Of a DNA stretch of 64,000 nt, positions 26,957 through 40,774 are shown in pieces. This stretch comes from Chiloscyllium plagiosum. Lineage: Eukaryota. Each line of letters opens with the position of its first letter. The first letter of the stretch is position 1. The translations under genes were made by a program, and so were the position numbers. Where the stretch lies: the NCBI RefSeq assembly GCF_004010195.1, contig NC_057722.1:65789932-65853931 (forward strand). Direction: 5' to 3'. The notes under the pieces are model-generated. The model was given only the letters and a program-made list of their open reading frames with translations. It was not told where the DNA came from and ran no database searches.

Positions 26957-27154
26957 GGAGCAAATTACTGCAGATGCTGAAGTCTGTACTGAAAACAATC
27001 AATGCTGGAGATTGCAGTGGGTCAGGCAGCATCCATGGAGAGAAGGCAAGCTAACGTTTTGAGTCTAGATGACTTTTCATCAGCTATGAAGAGTCATCTA
27101 GAATTGAAACATTTGCTTGCTCTCTCTCCACGGATGCTGTCTGACCTGTTATGA
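26957..27154. mobile_element. Fold-back Penelope-type insertion, third family
   Basis: Inverted arms meeting near 27085; 11-bp TSD TAAACAATCAA at 26946-26956 and 27155-27165; decayed hammerheads with stem II GAGTC atcta GACTC. Confidence 0.8.
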
Positions 27155-27794
27155 TAAACAATCAATGCTGCTTTGCAATTCATTGAGAACACAAATTTTA
27201 GCAAAGCTGTAATTATTTCACTACAGTCAGCATGGAACTGGTGAAGACCCTGTTCTGTTCTGTACTGGTCTATATCCTGGAAATTAGGACAATTGATCCT
27301 AACTGTATGCCAGCGTATGACAGATATTCCTCCAGGCAGATACATCTCATTAAAGTACCTCTGCGAGAAAATGGTTAAAATTTTGAACAGATTGTACAGA
27401 CTAAGCTTGTTCTCCCTCAAATATGTAAGATTAATTGACCAATTTAAGCTGAAAAGATTTAGCAAATAAATAGAAATAAACTTTTTTGTTGGTAAGTGTC
27501 CATAACATGGGGGAATATCCTTAGAGATAGATCAATCAGGAGTGTTTTCAGGTGGAATCTGTTCACATATTATTGGAAATCTGGAACCATATCCTCTTAA
27601 AGCTATTGAGGTTGTGGCACATCAATTTAAAATTTCAAAACTGAAATTGAGTTTTGAGAGGTAAATGTAGTAGAGGTTGTTAAGATCCAAGCTGATAGCA
27701 ATACTAGACAACTCAGATCCCAGAATTAAACTTGGCTTTAAATATCTTATATATTTATTGTTTGGAATTGGTCAATATGGTGATTAGTCCAAAA

Positions 27795-28085
27795 CTCTAC
27801 AATGTGAAAAAAGGCTATTCAGCTCATTGTGTCTGCACGAACCCTCTGAAGAGTATTCTATCTAGACCCAGCCCCCCATAGCTAACCCATCTGGTCAACT
27901 CATCCCTAGACTCTACAGGGCAATTTAACATGGCCAATTCACCTCGCATGCACATCTTTTGGCTGTGGGAGGAAACTCACATAGACACGGGAAGAATGCG
28001 CAAACTCCACAAAGACAGTCACCCAAGGTTGGATTTGAACCTGTACTCCTGGTGCTGTGAGGCTAACCGCTGAGCCACTATATCA
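27795..28085 (-). mobile_element. HE1-type SINE
   Basis: Reverse complement matches the other copies. Confidence 0.8.
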
Positions 28086-28920
28086 CCTACAGACAGCAGT
28101 TACTGACTTACTGCAGTTTTAGCTCTTAGCAGACCTGCATGATGAATTCGCATTCAATTCACGTAACAGCCCATTGTTAAATCTCTTATCAGTTCCTGTT
28201 ATCTTCAACTTTATCCAACATTTCCTCCTTTTTGATCATATCTACTGGGTTTGCCCATAAATCTAACAGCCGAAAATATCCCAATTGGAACGACTTGAAG
28301 AAATTTCAAAGCTTTTCTGGCTGGCAAAATTCACACGCCAGAAGCTAATTTTACTGATGAGATTCATACCCATGAACTGAATGGAAAAACTTCATTTTTT
28401 TATCATTAATTCATAGCATGTGGGTGTCACTGGTTGAGCAGATTTAGCAGATCAATTGAAGGTAGATGTAAAAGCAGGATCCTGTAAGGATGAGATTCTT
28501 CAAGTGAATGTACACTTAAAATTAGGAGATAGGAAACCTGAAATTAGGTTATCACAGCTGAAATTAACTACGATTGAGTTAGAGATGATAAAACCATACT
28601 TAGAGAGGAAAAGAGAAATGAAAATAGTTGAATTAGAAGATCATGAAAATAGAACTGTGGAGATTAATGGAATGAGAGGATAATGAAAAACCAGAAAATA
28701 TCAGAAAGAGAGCAGGAAATAAAACAATCAATAACACAAAGAGAGAAAGAAAGTTAAAAAGAAATGCAATTATGAAAACTTGAACTCTAAATGGATAAAG
28801 GAATTGAAGAACATGAGTTAGAAAGAGAAAAGCTTGGAACAAAGAGGAAAGAAGGAGGTGGGAGCTCCTGCAAAGATTCTAATTCAGTTGAGGGACAAGA
28901 AAGAAAACGAAAACATTTGT

Positions 28921-29124
28921 TAAAAATCACACAACACCAGGTTATAGTCCAACAGGTTTAATTGTAAGCACTAGCTTTCAGAGCTTTCAGACATAACCAC
29001 CTGATGAAGGAGCAGCACTCTGAAAGCTAGTACTTCCAATTAAACCTGTTGGACTATAACCTAGTGTTGTATTATTTTTAACTTTGTACACCCCAGTCCA
29101 ACACCGGCATCTCCAAATCATAAG
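28921..29124. mobile_element. Fold-back Penelope-type insertion, fourth family
   Basis: Arms GTTATAGTCCAACAGGTTTAATTG / CAATTAAACCTGTTGGACTATAAC; TSD ACATTTGT at 28913-28920 and 29125-29132; hammerhead motif at 28998-29032. Confidence 0.8.
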
Positions 29125-29283
29125 ACATTTGTGGAATTTTCAAGGGAGAAAGGAATGCTGTGGGATCAGCAGTTTAGCTCATGTACACTAGAGGAAAGTT
29201 TTGATAATGGAAGGAAAATTGTAATCATGGAAAAATTCTGAAATAGCGAAGTTAAAACTTATTTAGATGAATGTCAAGTATTC

Positions 29284-29783
29284 NNNNNNNNNNNNNNNNN
29301 NNNNNNNNNNNNNNNNNNNNNNNNNNNNNNNNNNNNNNNNNNNNNNNNNNNNNNNNNNNNNNNNNNNNNNNNNNNNNNNNNNNNNNNNNNNNNNNNNNNN
29401 NNNNNNNNNNNNNNNNNNNNNNNNNNNNNNNNNNNNNNNNNNNNNNNNNNNNNNNNNNNNNNNNNNNNNNNNNNNNNNNNNNNNNNNNNNNNNNNNNNNN
29501 NNNNNNNNNNNNNNNNNNNNNNNNNNNNNNNNNNNNNNNNNNNNNNNNNNNNNNNNNNNNNNNNNNNNNNNNNNNNNNNNNNNNNNNNNNNNNNNNNNNN
29601 NNNNNNNNNNNNNNNNNNNNNNNNNNNNNNNNNNNNNNNNNNNNNNNNNNNNNNNNNNNNNNNNNNNNNNNNNNNNNNNNNNNNNNNNNNNNNNNNNNNN
29701 NNNNNNNNNNNNNNNNNNNNNNNNNNNNNNNNNNNNNNNNNNNNNNNNNNNNNNNNNNNNNNNNNNNNNNNNNNNNNNNNNNN
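29284..29783. other. Assembly gap (500 N)
   Basis: Run of N between genes A and B. Confidence 1.
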
Positions 29784-30710
29784 TTATATTTACTGGTTCC
29801 CCTTCAACTATCTTGTTTGTTACATCCTCAATTTATCATAATAAATTTATCAGATATAATTTTCCTTTCATAAAGACATTCTGACTCTTCTTGATTTATT
29901 ATGTATTTCTAAAAACTCTGCATGTCATCCCTGTCATAGAATATAAAATTTTCCCAATGATGGGTGTTACGCTAATTGGCTATAGTTACTCATTTTTGTC
30001 TCCCTTCCTTTTCAATAAAGTTGTTACATGGCAGGTTTCCAATCCTCTGGGATCTGTCCTGAATGTAAGGCTTTTTGGACAATTTTTATTTCCATATCTA
30101 CTTAAAATCTGAGGAAGCAATTGATTTAAAGTCAAGTTAATGCTTCACAAACAAAATTTGTTGATTTATCATATCTTCTGTTTTCAGTTGAGTGGATTCC
30201 TGTGATGTAGATCTAAAAATATAAATGTTGGTATTGTGTCTACTGAGAGATTACAATGTTGCTGTGAAATTGCATTATGCTCAGAAAAGGAGAATTGGAT
30301 GTTCCAAGACACTTTGTAACAAATTACTTTCAAATTGCAGACATTGTTGTAATGTAGGTATTACAACAGCCAATTTGCGCACAGCAAGGTCCCATGAATA
30401 TCAGTGCAGTAATGACTTGGTAAATTATTTTAGTGACGTTAGTTGAAGGATAATTATTGTTCAGGACACTGTTGTTATTGTAAGGTCACTGGTCAGATGG
30501 TGTTGATAAAGTGGGAGGCTAAATAAGCTCTCAGATATTTATATTGTTTTTTTATTTTCTCTTGGATATTTCCTAAGGACTCTACTGTATGTTACAGCCA
30601 TTAGAATATACAAAATGACAAATGCTAATTTTAGCATTGCAGTAAATAAAAGTTGGGCCACTTATAAATTTTGCTTTTAGATAGACTACAGATAATTATT
30701 TTTCTCATAT

Positions 30711-31621
30711 TCAAAACTTGTTAGAGGACGACCGGCCCATTATATTTCTTTTGGTGTTCAGTTCTGGCCTCAATAGAATGATATAAACCTTTGGAGCAAA
30801 TATACAGACCAACAAACTAAAACTGGAAGACAATATTGCAAATATTTCAACAGCTACTATGTACTTTCCGGAATTGATGTAAACTGGGATGAAAGTTATC
30901 CAAACTGCACAGAAGATCAGCATGCTGAAAGTGATAAACTTTGCTTCATTGAAGTTATCTGGCAACGTACGTGCTAGGAATGCAAGAACAAAGCACATAA
31001 CAGAGAGTAAGCCAATGTAGCCCAACATGCAATAAAAGGCTGTTGCTGACCCCACATCACATTCTAATATAATGGTCACACTTTGATATTCAATATTCTT
31101 TGCTGGAAATGGGGGTGATAATATCAACCACAGAATACATATCACAACTTGAATTGATGGCAGAAGAAACACAGCAAGACTTCGTTGTAGTGGACTAAAC
31201 CATTTCATAACATCATTATTTGGATGTGTTGCAGTGAATGCCATTAATACTGTGATTGTTTTTCCAAGGATGCAAGAGATGCAAAGGGCAAATATGATTG
31301 CGAATGCTGTATGTCGGAACATGCAGGACCAGACTGTTGGTTGACCCATGAAGAGAAGGGAGCAGAGGAAGCAGAATACCAATGCAAATAAAAGAAGAAA
31401 GCTTAACTCAGAATTGTTAGCTTTGACAATAGGTGTATCCTTATAATAGTAGAAAACAGCCATAACAACCATTGATATGCAAGCACCAAATAAGGACAAT
31501 GTTGTTAAAATGATCCCCATGGTGTCTCCAAATGACAAAAACTCAATTTCCTTTGGGATGCATTTGTCTCTATTTAGGTTTGGCCAGTAATCGGACTGAC
31601 ATGCCAAGCAGTCCACGGAAT
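30711..31621 (-). CDS. V2R/OlfC gene B, exon 6 (7TM domain to stop); spliced CDS 2598 nt, 865 aa
   Basis: Acceptor CTGCAG|; [57 protein letters not shown]; stop at 30711-30713. Confidence 0.97.
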
Positions 31622-34561
31622 CTGCAGAAGACAACACAGGACATGTTTTTCAGTACATTTCAAGATTGACTACTTTCTATTTATCTATCTGGACCAAAAC
31701 AAGATGTAGAAAAGATGTTTCCCAATTTGGGGCAATCTACAATGAAGGTAGATTCATTGTACCTTCAGGATAAGGGGTATGCTTTAAACCAGAACTAAGG
31801 AGAAACTGCTTCTCGCAACATGTTGTGAATCTGTTGAATGTATGACCCCAGAATGAGGTAGATACTGGTACATTAAATAAATACAAAGAGGAGAAAGATT
31901 TTTTATTAGTAATAAAAGGATTGTGGAGAGCAGATAGGAAAGTGGATTTTGGGCAGAAATGAGACAAGCCATGGTTGTATCAAATGACAGAGCAGGCTCA
32001 AGGGGTGATTTGCCCAGTCTGGCTACTTGGCTTTATGTTCTAAAAAATAAGGCGACACGTCCGGTTCAAAAATCCTGATTTCCTGTCATGATTTATGATA
32101 ATCAGGTGAAACAGCCCCAAAATTAGGTTATGTAGAGCAGATCCAGGAAAGGTAACGATAGAAAGAATACAGAGGTGGACAAAGGGGCAGCAGGATGTTG
32201 AGGAAAATTGTTAAAGAGTCAATTCTGGTGGTTTGCGACATCATCCCAGCTATAATGGAAAATTTAAAACTTCCGAGCCCTCATCCCCAGAACTCCTCAT
32301 TTCCACAGGCTCCCTATGCTGTATCCATGTTACCTGATGCCCTTTTACTGAAACACCAAACCCCTCAAGACCCTTGTGTGACTTGTACACCAGCCACCCT
32401 CATGCCTTTCATGCCCCCATACTAAGTTATGACACTTCCTTGTACATTTATCCACTAAACACTGGGTGGAATCAATGTATTTGATGGTGACATTAGAATG
32501 GCAAAACATCTTTAAATAGAACTGTCATTCATTGATAACCTTTCATTTTCTAAATAAGAAAGCTCGTTACTACAGGCCAACAGAAGTGTAAATCATCTAG
32601 ACCCTCTAAAGCTTTGGTTTTAGAAATTGCAAACATCTGATGTTATAAACATTATGCACTTAACAAAGAAATCAAAAATCCAGAGCTAACAATCAGGCAA
32701 AGTCTTCGCTCAAGATTAGTTGTTTCAATAATCTAATGGCAATCTGGGCACCTGGCCAAGCCTCATTGTGCACAATCAACTATGAATTTCTTGTGTTCAT
32801 ACATATTATTGCACATTGCAATTTGGGAGTAATGGGAAAAAAAAATCAAGCAGTGTGTAAAAGGCTAACCAACAGTGCTATCAAGTGTGACTTGCAAAGA
32901 ACAATTTACTCACTGACCCTCAGTTTGGGCGACTTGGTTCCTGACCTCATTTAAGCCTTTATCCAAACATGGAAAAAAGAGTTGTATTCCAAATGTGAGG
33001 CAGCATTCGACTACCTTTAACATCAAAGAGCCCCAGCAAAACTGGAATCAATGGGAATCATTTCACTGGCTTCTGCCATATCCAGGAAGATAATTGTGTC
33101 TACATTTTAGATTTTTAGACTTTAGATTTCATTGTCATGTATACTCAATTACAGAAGTACAAAAGTACAGTGAAAAGTGTATAATGTCGACACATATGGC
33201 ATCATCTTAGGTACCAAGGTATCTAGGTACAAAAAAAGCTTAGGTGCAAAGTAGTAAGAGAAACGAGAGTTGAAAAGTTAATCATTATTTCATTAAATAA
33301 TAGAAAAATAAAGAAATAGTAACAGTTTATATTAAAGCTTTTTTCATATTTTAAACTAGGTAAACAAATGAATAAGCTAAATGAATTAGCTCCAGAACAT
33401 TACTACAAGAGTTCCTATGACCTAGGCCCAAAAGTTTTCAGGTACTTCATCAATTATATTCCCTTGGTCAGAAGGCCAGATGTGGCAATGTTTGCTAATG
33501 ATTGTGCAATGTTCAGATCCATTCACAGCTCCTCAAATAAGCAGTATGTGTTTCTATGTTGCAAGACCTGGTAAACTTCCAGGTTGGGCTAGTAAGTGAC
33601 AGGCAATATTTATACTAGACCAATGCCATAGCTATCTCTAATAAAGAACCATCAACCCTTGAAATTCAAACTGTCAAACTGAACTGGACCAGTCATAGAA
33701 ATACTGTGGCAACAATGGCAGGTCATAGGCTAGGAATTCTGTGGTGAGTAACTCATTTCTTGTGCCCTCAATATTTTATCTGCCATCTTAAAAACACAAC
33801 TGAGGAGGATGATGGAATAATTCCCAACTGTCTGAATGAGTGCAGCTCCAAGAACACTCAGGAAACTTGACCTCATGCAGGACAAAGCAACCACTTGATT
33901 GTCACCCATCAATTTCCCTTCACTACCAATGTACTGTGGTCTGCAGTATGTACCAGCTACAAGATGCATTGCAACAACACCATCAAAGCTCCTCCAGTAG
34001 GAATTTTTAAACTCATGACCTTTGCTATCCAGTAGGACAGGGCAGCAGATGCATGTGCATATCACCACCTGCCACATACCGTACTGTTAGAGGTTCAAAA
34101 TCCTGCAAGCCCCTTCCTAACAGCAATGTGGATGTCTCTACAGTTGTCTAAGGAGGAAGCTCACCAACACTTTCTTTGGGATAATTAGAACTTGGTACTA
34201 AATGCTGGCCTAGCCAGTGATGCCCACAACCATGAGCATTTTTTTTTGAAATGACAGATTTTGGTCATTTGTGCTGTATTTTCCCAAATCCAATTTCTCA
34301 CTTACAGTTTTTATAAAAAGAAGAATGAATATTATACTCACATGACCTTCAACATATTGTAATGCTGCCATAAAGCACTCTTTAAAATCACAACTAACTG
34401 ATCTGAATAGCCATCATGAGAAAAATTAATCTCTTAATAGCTTGTCCTCAATTTCATAGTTAGCCAGATAGATAAATAAAGATGAGATAAATAGACACAA
34501 ATGTGTAAATAGATGAATTATATGTAAAAACAGGGAGATGAAGGCAAATAGATATACATAC

Positions 34562-34685
34562 CAGTTTCATTGCTAATTTCACCTTCAGCACAGGGTATAC
34601 AATCAAAGCAACAAATTGGCTGTCCAGGTCTGACTCCTTTTCTTGTTCCAGGTAAACAAGTTTCACTGCACTGTGACTTGATGAC
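34562..34685 (-). CDS. V2R/OlfC gene B, exon 5 (cysteine-rich domain)
   Basis: Acceptor TATCCAG|; [41 protein letters not shown]; donor G|GTATGT; 124 nt. Confidence 0.95.
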
Positions 34686-34884
34686 CTGGATAGGAAAAGA
34701 GCAATAACTTTCTATTTCATTACTCGTGTGCATTATTCAGGAGGTCATAATTTATGAATTGCATTTGTTTAACCTCCTGAGAAAATAATGAGATTTGATC
34801 TAAAACCTGTTATGTGAACAAAATTAAACTGATAATGGATGCATTAATACAGAATGCATTGACTGTTGTATTTTTCCAATTAGA

Positions 34885-37495
34885 ACGTAGAACATAGAAA
34901 AGTACAGCACAGAACAGGCCCTTTGGCCCACAATGTTGTGCCTAGCATTAATCCTAATGTAAAATAAAATAACTTAACCTACACACCCCTCAATTCACTG
35001 CTATCATGTGCATGTCCAGCCGTCACTTAAATGTCCCGAATGACGCTGCTTCCACCATCACCGCTGGCAACGCATTCCATGCATTCACAACTCTCTGTGT
35101 AAAGAACCTTCCTCTGACGTCCCCTCTATGCCTTCCTTCTAATATCTTAAAACTATGACCCCTCATGCTAATCAATCCTGCCCTAGGGAAAGGTCTCTGG
35201 CTATTAACTCTATCCATGCCTCTCATTACCTCGTATACCTCAATCAGATCACCTCTCTTCCTCCTTCTCTCCAAAGAGAAAAGTCCGAGCTTAGTCAACC
35301 TCTCTTGATAAGGCAAGCCCTCCAGTCCAGGCAGCATCCTGGTATACCTTCTTTGCACCCTCTCCAAAGCCTCTGTATCTTTCCTATAGTAGGGCAACCA
35401 GAACTGGACACAATATTCGAAGTGTGGTCTCACCAAGGACTTGTAGAGCTGTAGCAAAACCTCGCGGCTCTTAAACTCGATCCCCCTGTTAATGAAAGCC
35501 AAAACACCATATGCTTTCTTAACAACTCTATCCACTTGGGTGGCAACTTTGAGGGATCTATGTGCTTGAACACCTAGATCTCTCTGTTCCTCCACACTGC
35601 CAAGAATCCTGTCTTTAACCCTATATTTAGCATTCAAGTTCAACCTTCCAAAATGCACGACTTTGCTTTTTTCCAGGTTGAACCCCATCTGCCATTTCTC
35701 AGCCCAGCTCTGCATCCTGTCTATGTCGTGCTTCAGCCTGCAATAACCACCAATACAATCAATGGCACCTCCAACCTTTGTGTCATCTGCAAATTTACTA
35801 ACTTACCCCTCAATCTCATTATCCAAGTCATTCATAAAAAAAACTACAAAGAGCAGAGGCCCAAGAACAGAGCCCTGCAGGACACCACTCGACACTGACC
35901 TCCAGGCGGAATACTTTCCATCTACAACCACTCTCTGCCTTCTGTAAGCCAACCAGTTCTGAAGCAAGAACACCAAATCTTGTATCCCATACTTCCTGAC
36001 TTTATGAATGAGCCTACCATGGGGAACCTTACCAAATGCCTTGCTGAAGTCCATGTACACCACATCCACTGTTCGACCTTTGTCGACCTGTCTTGTCACC
36101 TCCTCAAAGAACTCAATAAGATTAGTTAGGCATGACCTGCCCCTCACGCAGCCATGCTGACTGTCTTTAATCATGCTACGCTTTTCCAAATAGTCATAAA
36201 TCCTATCTCTCTGAATTCTTACCAAAACCTTGCTAACCACAGACATAAGACTGACTGGTCTGTAGTTGCCAGGAATTCTTAAAAAGAGAAACAACATTCA
36301 CCTCCTTCCAATCCTCCTGTACGATTCCCGTGAAGAGTGAGGAAGGAAAGATCTTCTTCAGTGGCGTAGCAACTCCTTTCTCACTTCCCAGAGCAGCCTA
36401 GGATAAATCTGGTCTAGCCCTGGGGACTTATCAATCTTTACGTTTGCCAAAATTTCGAGCACATCAACTTTATCAATCTTGATCTGATCAAGCCTGTATC
36501 CCTACTTCTCAAACTTCGCATTCACAGTAAGGTGCCTTTCCTTAGTGAAAACCGAAGCAAAAAACTCATTTAGGGCTTCCCCTATCTGCTTAGACTCCAC
36601 GCACAAGTTCCCTACGCTATCCCTGATTTGCCCTACCTTCTCCCTGATCATTCTCTTATTCTTCACATATGAGTAAAATGCTTTTGGGTTCTCTCTAATC
36701 CTTCCTGCCAAGCCTTTCTCGTGCCCCCTCCTGACTCTCCTCAGTCCATTTCTGAGCTCCTTTCTAGCAAGCCTGTAATCCTCTAAAGCTGTGATAGATC
36801 TTTGGCTCCTCCACCTCACATAAGCTGCCTTCTTCCTTTTGACGAGAAGCTCCTCTGTTTTCGTCATCCAAGGTTCCTTAATTTTACCTGTTCTTACCTG
36901 TCTCAGAGGAACAAATTTGTGCATCACTCGCAACAACTGCTCCTTAAACAGTCTCCACATGTCTGCTGTGCCATTTCTGTGGAACAATTGCTCCCAATGA
37001 TACCTCGTTGCCAAACACCAAATCCAAAATGGTCTCTCCCCTCGTTGGTCTGTCTACATACTAAGTAAGGAACCCCTCCTGAACACACCTGACAAAAAAG
37101 GCTCCATCCAAACCATCTGCACTAAGGAGGTTCCAGTCAATATTGGGAAAGTGGAAATCACCCATAACAACAGCCCTGCTACATCTGCATTTGTCCAAAA
37201 TCTGCCAGCTTTTGAGAACTTCAATCTCTCTACTACTATTAGGGGGTCTGTAGAAAGCCCCCAGTGAGGTGACTGATCCCTTGCTGTTCCTAACTTCCAC
37301 CTATACTGATTCAATAGACAAACCTTCCTCAACAATCTTTGTTTCTGTAGCTGTGATGCACTCTCTGATCAACAATGCTACACCTCCACCTCTTTTTCCA
37401 CCCTCCCTGTTCTTTTTAAATGTTCTAAACCCTGGAACATCTAATAACCATTCCTCCCCCTGTGAAACCCACATCTCTGTTATGGCCACAAGTGT
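34885..37495 (-). mobile_element. CR1-clade LINE ORF2 (APE endonuclease and RT), 5'-truncated and internally deleted, in gene B intron 4
   Basis: AITEMW, GGGVALL, YRPP, MGDFHFP, NYRPVSL, VYMDFSKAF, QGSVLGPLLF, FADD, LVRPHFEYCVQFW; short-repeat 3' tail near 34885; frameshifts. Confidence 0.95.
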
Positions 37496-38068
37496 TTAAC
37501 ATTTAAATAGAATCACAATATCAGAAATACCAGAAACTGATTAATCAAAATCTCTTTTGATTACTCTATTTGCATGAATCCTTTATTCGGATTCATCTTA
37601 TTTCAATTTCTCACTGTGAGTAGAGTTGACTGCATGTGATAATTGAAACGATGGTTCATGAGTTGGCAGGCTACCTATCATTATCATTCTTAGTTCCATC
37701 AAAATAGAGAGACAAGTAAAATGGGCTGTCAACTCACTTCTGCTTGTTTTACAATATAGGGCATTGTCAAGATCTTACATAATACCACTCTGTACATCTT
37801 CCAAATCTTTCTCTTTTGCCTTTTTATCTCCTTGAATTTTTGTGTCTTCTTTCTGATAGACACCTCTCAATCTGATAAGAATATACAATCACCTACTCCC
37901 ACTCTCCATGCCCATCTTTGCTCGTTTGTTTCATGATGTTAATCACAATGATGGAAGAGGATGTAGAATTTTCTGAGATGATCTGTATATCTTTGATGAT
38001 GTTTTGGCCACTGAAACTTTCAGCTGCACGAAATAAGGTATGAACATTAATTTTCCTTCATTCCTTAC

Positions 38069-38296
38069 CATTTTCTGTCCTCCATTCCAGATTATAGCAT
38101 TCTCCTGTATCACCAGTTGGTTCTCAGTCTCAGCAGATGCATCGTACTGGCCAACTTTAACGTACTTAATGTTCCCATTTGAGTCGACCTGCCAATTCAA
38201 GAGATCATAGACTGCAAGAGGATCACCATTGGCATTGAATCTCACTTCATCTCCAAGCGTAGTTGTAAAGTTAACCTCCTTTAAGTAACGCAGGAC
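38069..38296 (-). CDS. V2R/OlfC gene B, exon 4
   Basis: Acceptor ACACAAAG|; VLRYLKEVNFTTTLGDEVRFNANGDPLAVYDLLNWQ...IIWNGGQKM; donor ATG|GTAAGG; 228 nt. Confidence 0.93.
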
Positions 38297-38429
38297 CTTT
38301 GTGTAGAAATCAGAGAATATGCTTCCTGTTATACTTATAGCCAGTATTTAAAGTCAACATGAAACTCCAGTAAGGCTGCCACTGACTCATACATCTGAAA
38401 TAGTCATAGGTGTCATTTATTTATTGACA

Positions 38430-38770
38430 TAAGTCCATGGAGTAAAGCCCCCCTTCAGAACTTGACCACACGACTTCATCTGATATTCCAGTATTGAGTA
38501 TTGTACTGAGGGAGTGCAGCACTCTTTTTGGTGCCATCTTTTAAATGAGGAAGTAAACCAAGGAGTCTTCTGACCTTTCAAATGGAAATAATTGATCATA
38601 TTGTACAATTGGATAAGTACAGTGAGTTGGCTGGGTACCATGACAATATTTATTCCTCAATCCATGTCAAAAACAGGTGATCAAATCATTTATACTATTA
38701 CACTTTGTGGGAGATTGCTGTGCATGTTGGCTGCCAAATTGTCTATATAAATAGCTATGCTTCAATAGTA
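38430..38770 (+). mobile_element. Ancient Deu-domain SINE (further fragment at 30305-30475 -)
   Basis: GTACTGAGGGAGTGCAGCAC...CAATATTTATTCCTCAA...TTGTGGGAGATTGCTGTGC...TTGGCTGCC resembles the DeuSINE core; identified from memory of the consensus. Confidence 0.65.
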
Positions 38771-39234
38771 CATTGTTGGCATGAACTGTCTACAGTAAAA
38801 ATGCAGGTTCTTTTTTTGAAATACAACACAATTCCAAAGGCCAGTCCCATTTTTCATTCTGAAATGCATGAAAGCCAAGTGCTAAAATTATTTATCTGGG
38901 TTGAGGGATAATATCCTCAGACTTTTTAAAATTCGTTTTGGTAATGTTCAAAATTTTCATATACATTTTGTTTTTGAATGGAATTTTGCCTCCAATTTAT
39001 ATGCTGCCAGTTACTTGCCTTCATGTTCCACTGATATTGGTTTCAATCCAAACGTTAAGTATCGTAACAGAAAATCCTAAATTAGAAAATTTTAAATGTT
39101 TTAAATGTATCTATTTTATTTAAAGCACCACATTTGAAAATGGATACAAAATACTTATTTCATACTATGAAAAGGAAAATCAAATGTTTCCTGCTAAATT
39201 CAGGAAAAATAGTGGAAAACTCATGGTATCTGGA

Positions 39235-39557
39235 GTGGCACAATGGCTCAGTGGTTAGCACTGCTACCTCATGGCACCAGGGATCCGGGTTCGATTCCAG
39301 CCTTGAGTGACTGTCTGTGTAGAATTTGCACATTCTCCACATGTCTGCGTGGGTCTCTTCTGGGTGCTCTGGTTTCCTCCCACAGTCCAAAGATGTGCAG
39401 GCCAGGTGAATTGGCCAAGCTAAATTGCCCATAGTGTTAGGTGCATTAATCAGAGGGGAAATGAGTCTGGGTGGATTACCCTTTGGAGAGTCGGTATGGA
39501 CTTGTTGGGCTGAAGGGCCTGTTTCCACACTGTAGAGAATCTAATCTAATCTAATCT
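39235..39557 (+). mobile_element. HE1-type tRNA-derived SINE
   Basis: A box TGGCTCAGTGG, B box GGTTCGATTCC, V-domain body, LINE-derived 3' end and (ATCTA)n tail. Confidence 0.88.
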
Positions 39558-39699
39558 GGCTTCCATAATAAAGAAATCTTTCCATTTCTGTACCGCTTAT
39601 CACATGACCAGAACATTTCAAAACTGTAATGAGATTTGTAATGTAAGAAATAAAACAGTCAAATTGAGCGCAGTGAGCTTCCTTAGATAGTAATCAGAG

Positions 39700-40255
39700 C
39701 CAGTTTTGGAATACTGTGTGCAATTCTGGACCCCTCCTATCAGAAGGATATTGTGAAGCTTGAAAGAGTTCAGAAAAGATTTATAAGGATGTTGCCAGCG
39801 TTGGAGGATTTGAGCCAAAAGGAGAGGCTGAATAGGCTGGGGCTGTTTTCCCTGGAGCATCAGAGGCTGAGGGGTGACGTTATAGAGGTTTATAAAATCA
39901 TGAGGGGTATAAATAGGGTAAATAAGCAAAGTCTTTTCCCTGGAGTAGGGGGAGTCCAGAACTAGAAGGCATAGGTTTCAGGTGAGAGGGGAAAATTTAA
40001 AAGAGACATAAGAGGCAACATTTTCACATAGAGGGTGGTGTGTGTAAAGAATGAGCTGCCAGAGGAAGTGATGGAGGCTGGCATAATTATAGAATTTAAA
40101 AGGCATCTGGATGCATATATGAATAGGAAGTATTTAGAGGGATATGGGCCAAGTGCTCCCAAATGGGACTAGGTTAGGTTAGGTTATCTGGTTAGCATGC
40201 ATGTGTTGGACCAAAGGGTCTGTTTCCATGCTGTACATCTCTAGGACTGTATGAC
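39700..40255 (+). mobile_element. CR1 LINE 3' fragment inserted in an old Deu-type SINE
   Basis: LEYCVQFW, KLERVQKRFIRML, GLFSLEHQRLRGD. Confidence 0.9.
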
Positions 40256-40774
40256 TCAATTTGTTTTAGATATCTGTCATAGGTTATACATGTTCCATAC
40301 TCGAAGAATTAAGAGTGTCACAGGATCTTTCATGTTCACATGAGAGGTCAGATATATCTTGGCTTAATGAATCATCAGAAGGACAATATATATACTTATA
40401 TTATTTAGAATCAAGCAAGCTTCACTCCCCTTAGAGAAAAATACATTTTTTTTTGTTCTTATTCATTCAAATAGTAGATTGTCAGATTTACTGCAAACTA
40501 CACGATGGCAGATCAATTCAAAAAAGTGAATGCATGGATTTGACTGAGACCTGGTGTGAAAACAATTTATCTTCACAATTTATATTTGTTTCTATCGCAA
40601 CAACCTTATTTGAATTGCATTTAGTTGCGATGATCACGATTACACATGCTATTGCCTATTGTGTGGGATTATCTGACAAGTCATTCTTATCAAGTGCATT
40701 GAGTGTAAATTTATTGTCATGTGATTTGAATACTAAATGCTTTAAGATGCAATTTTTATTGATAGACCACTTAC

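Noticed and set aside
28440-28900. Glu/Lys-rich stretch resembling the coiled-coil N-terminus of an LTR gag
   Set aside because: Low complexity and too decayed to call
29267-29884. Two ORFs of about 200 aa
   Set aside because: Artefacts of translating the 500-N gap
39240-39300. tRNA-like A and B boxes
   Set aside because: Head of an HE1-type SINE, not a tRNA gene; same for the other copies
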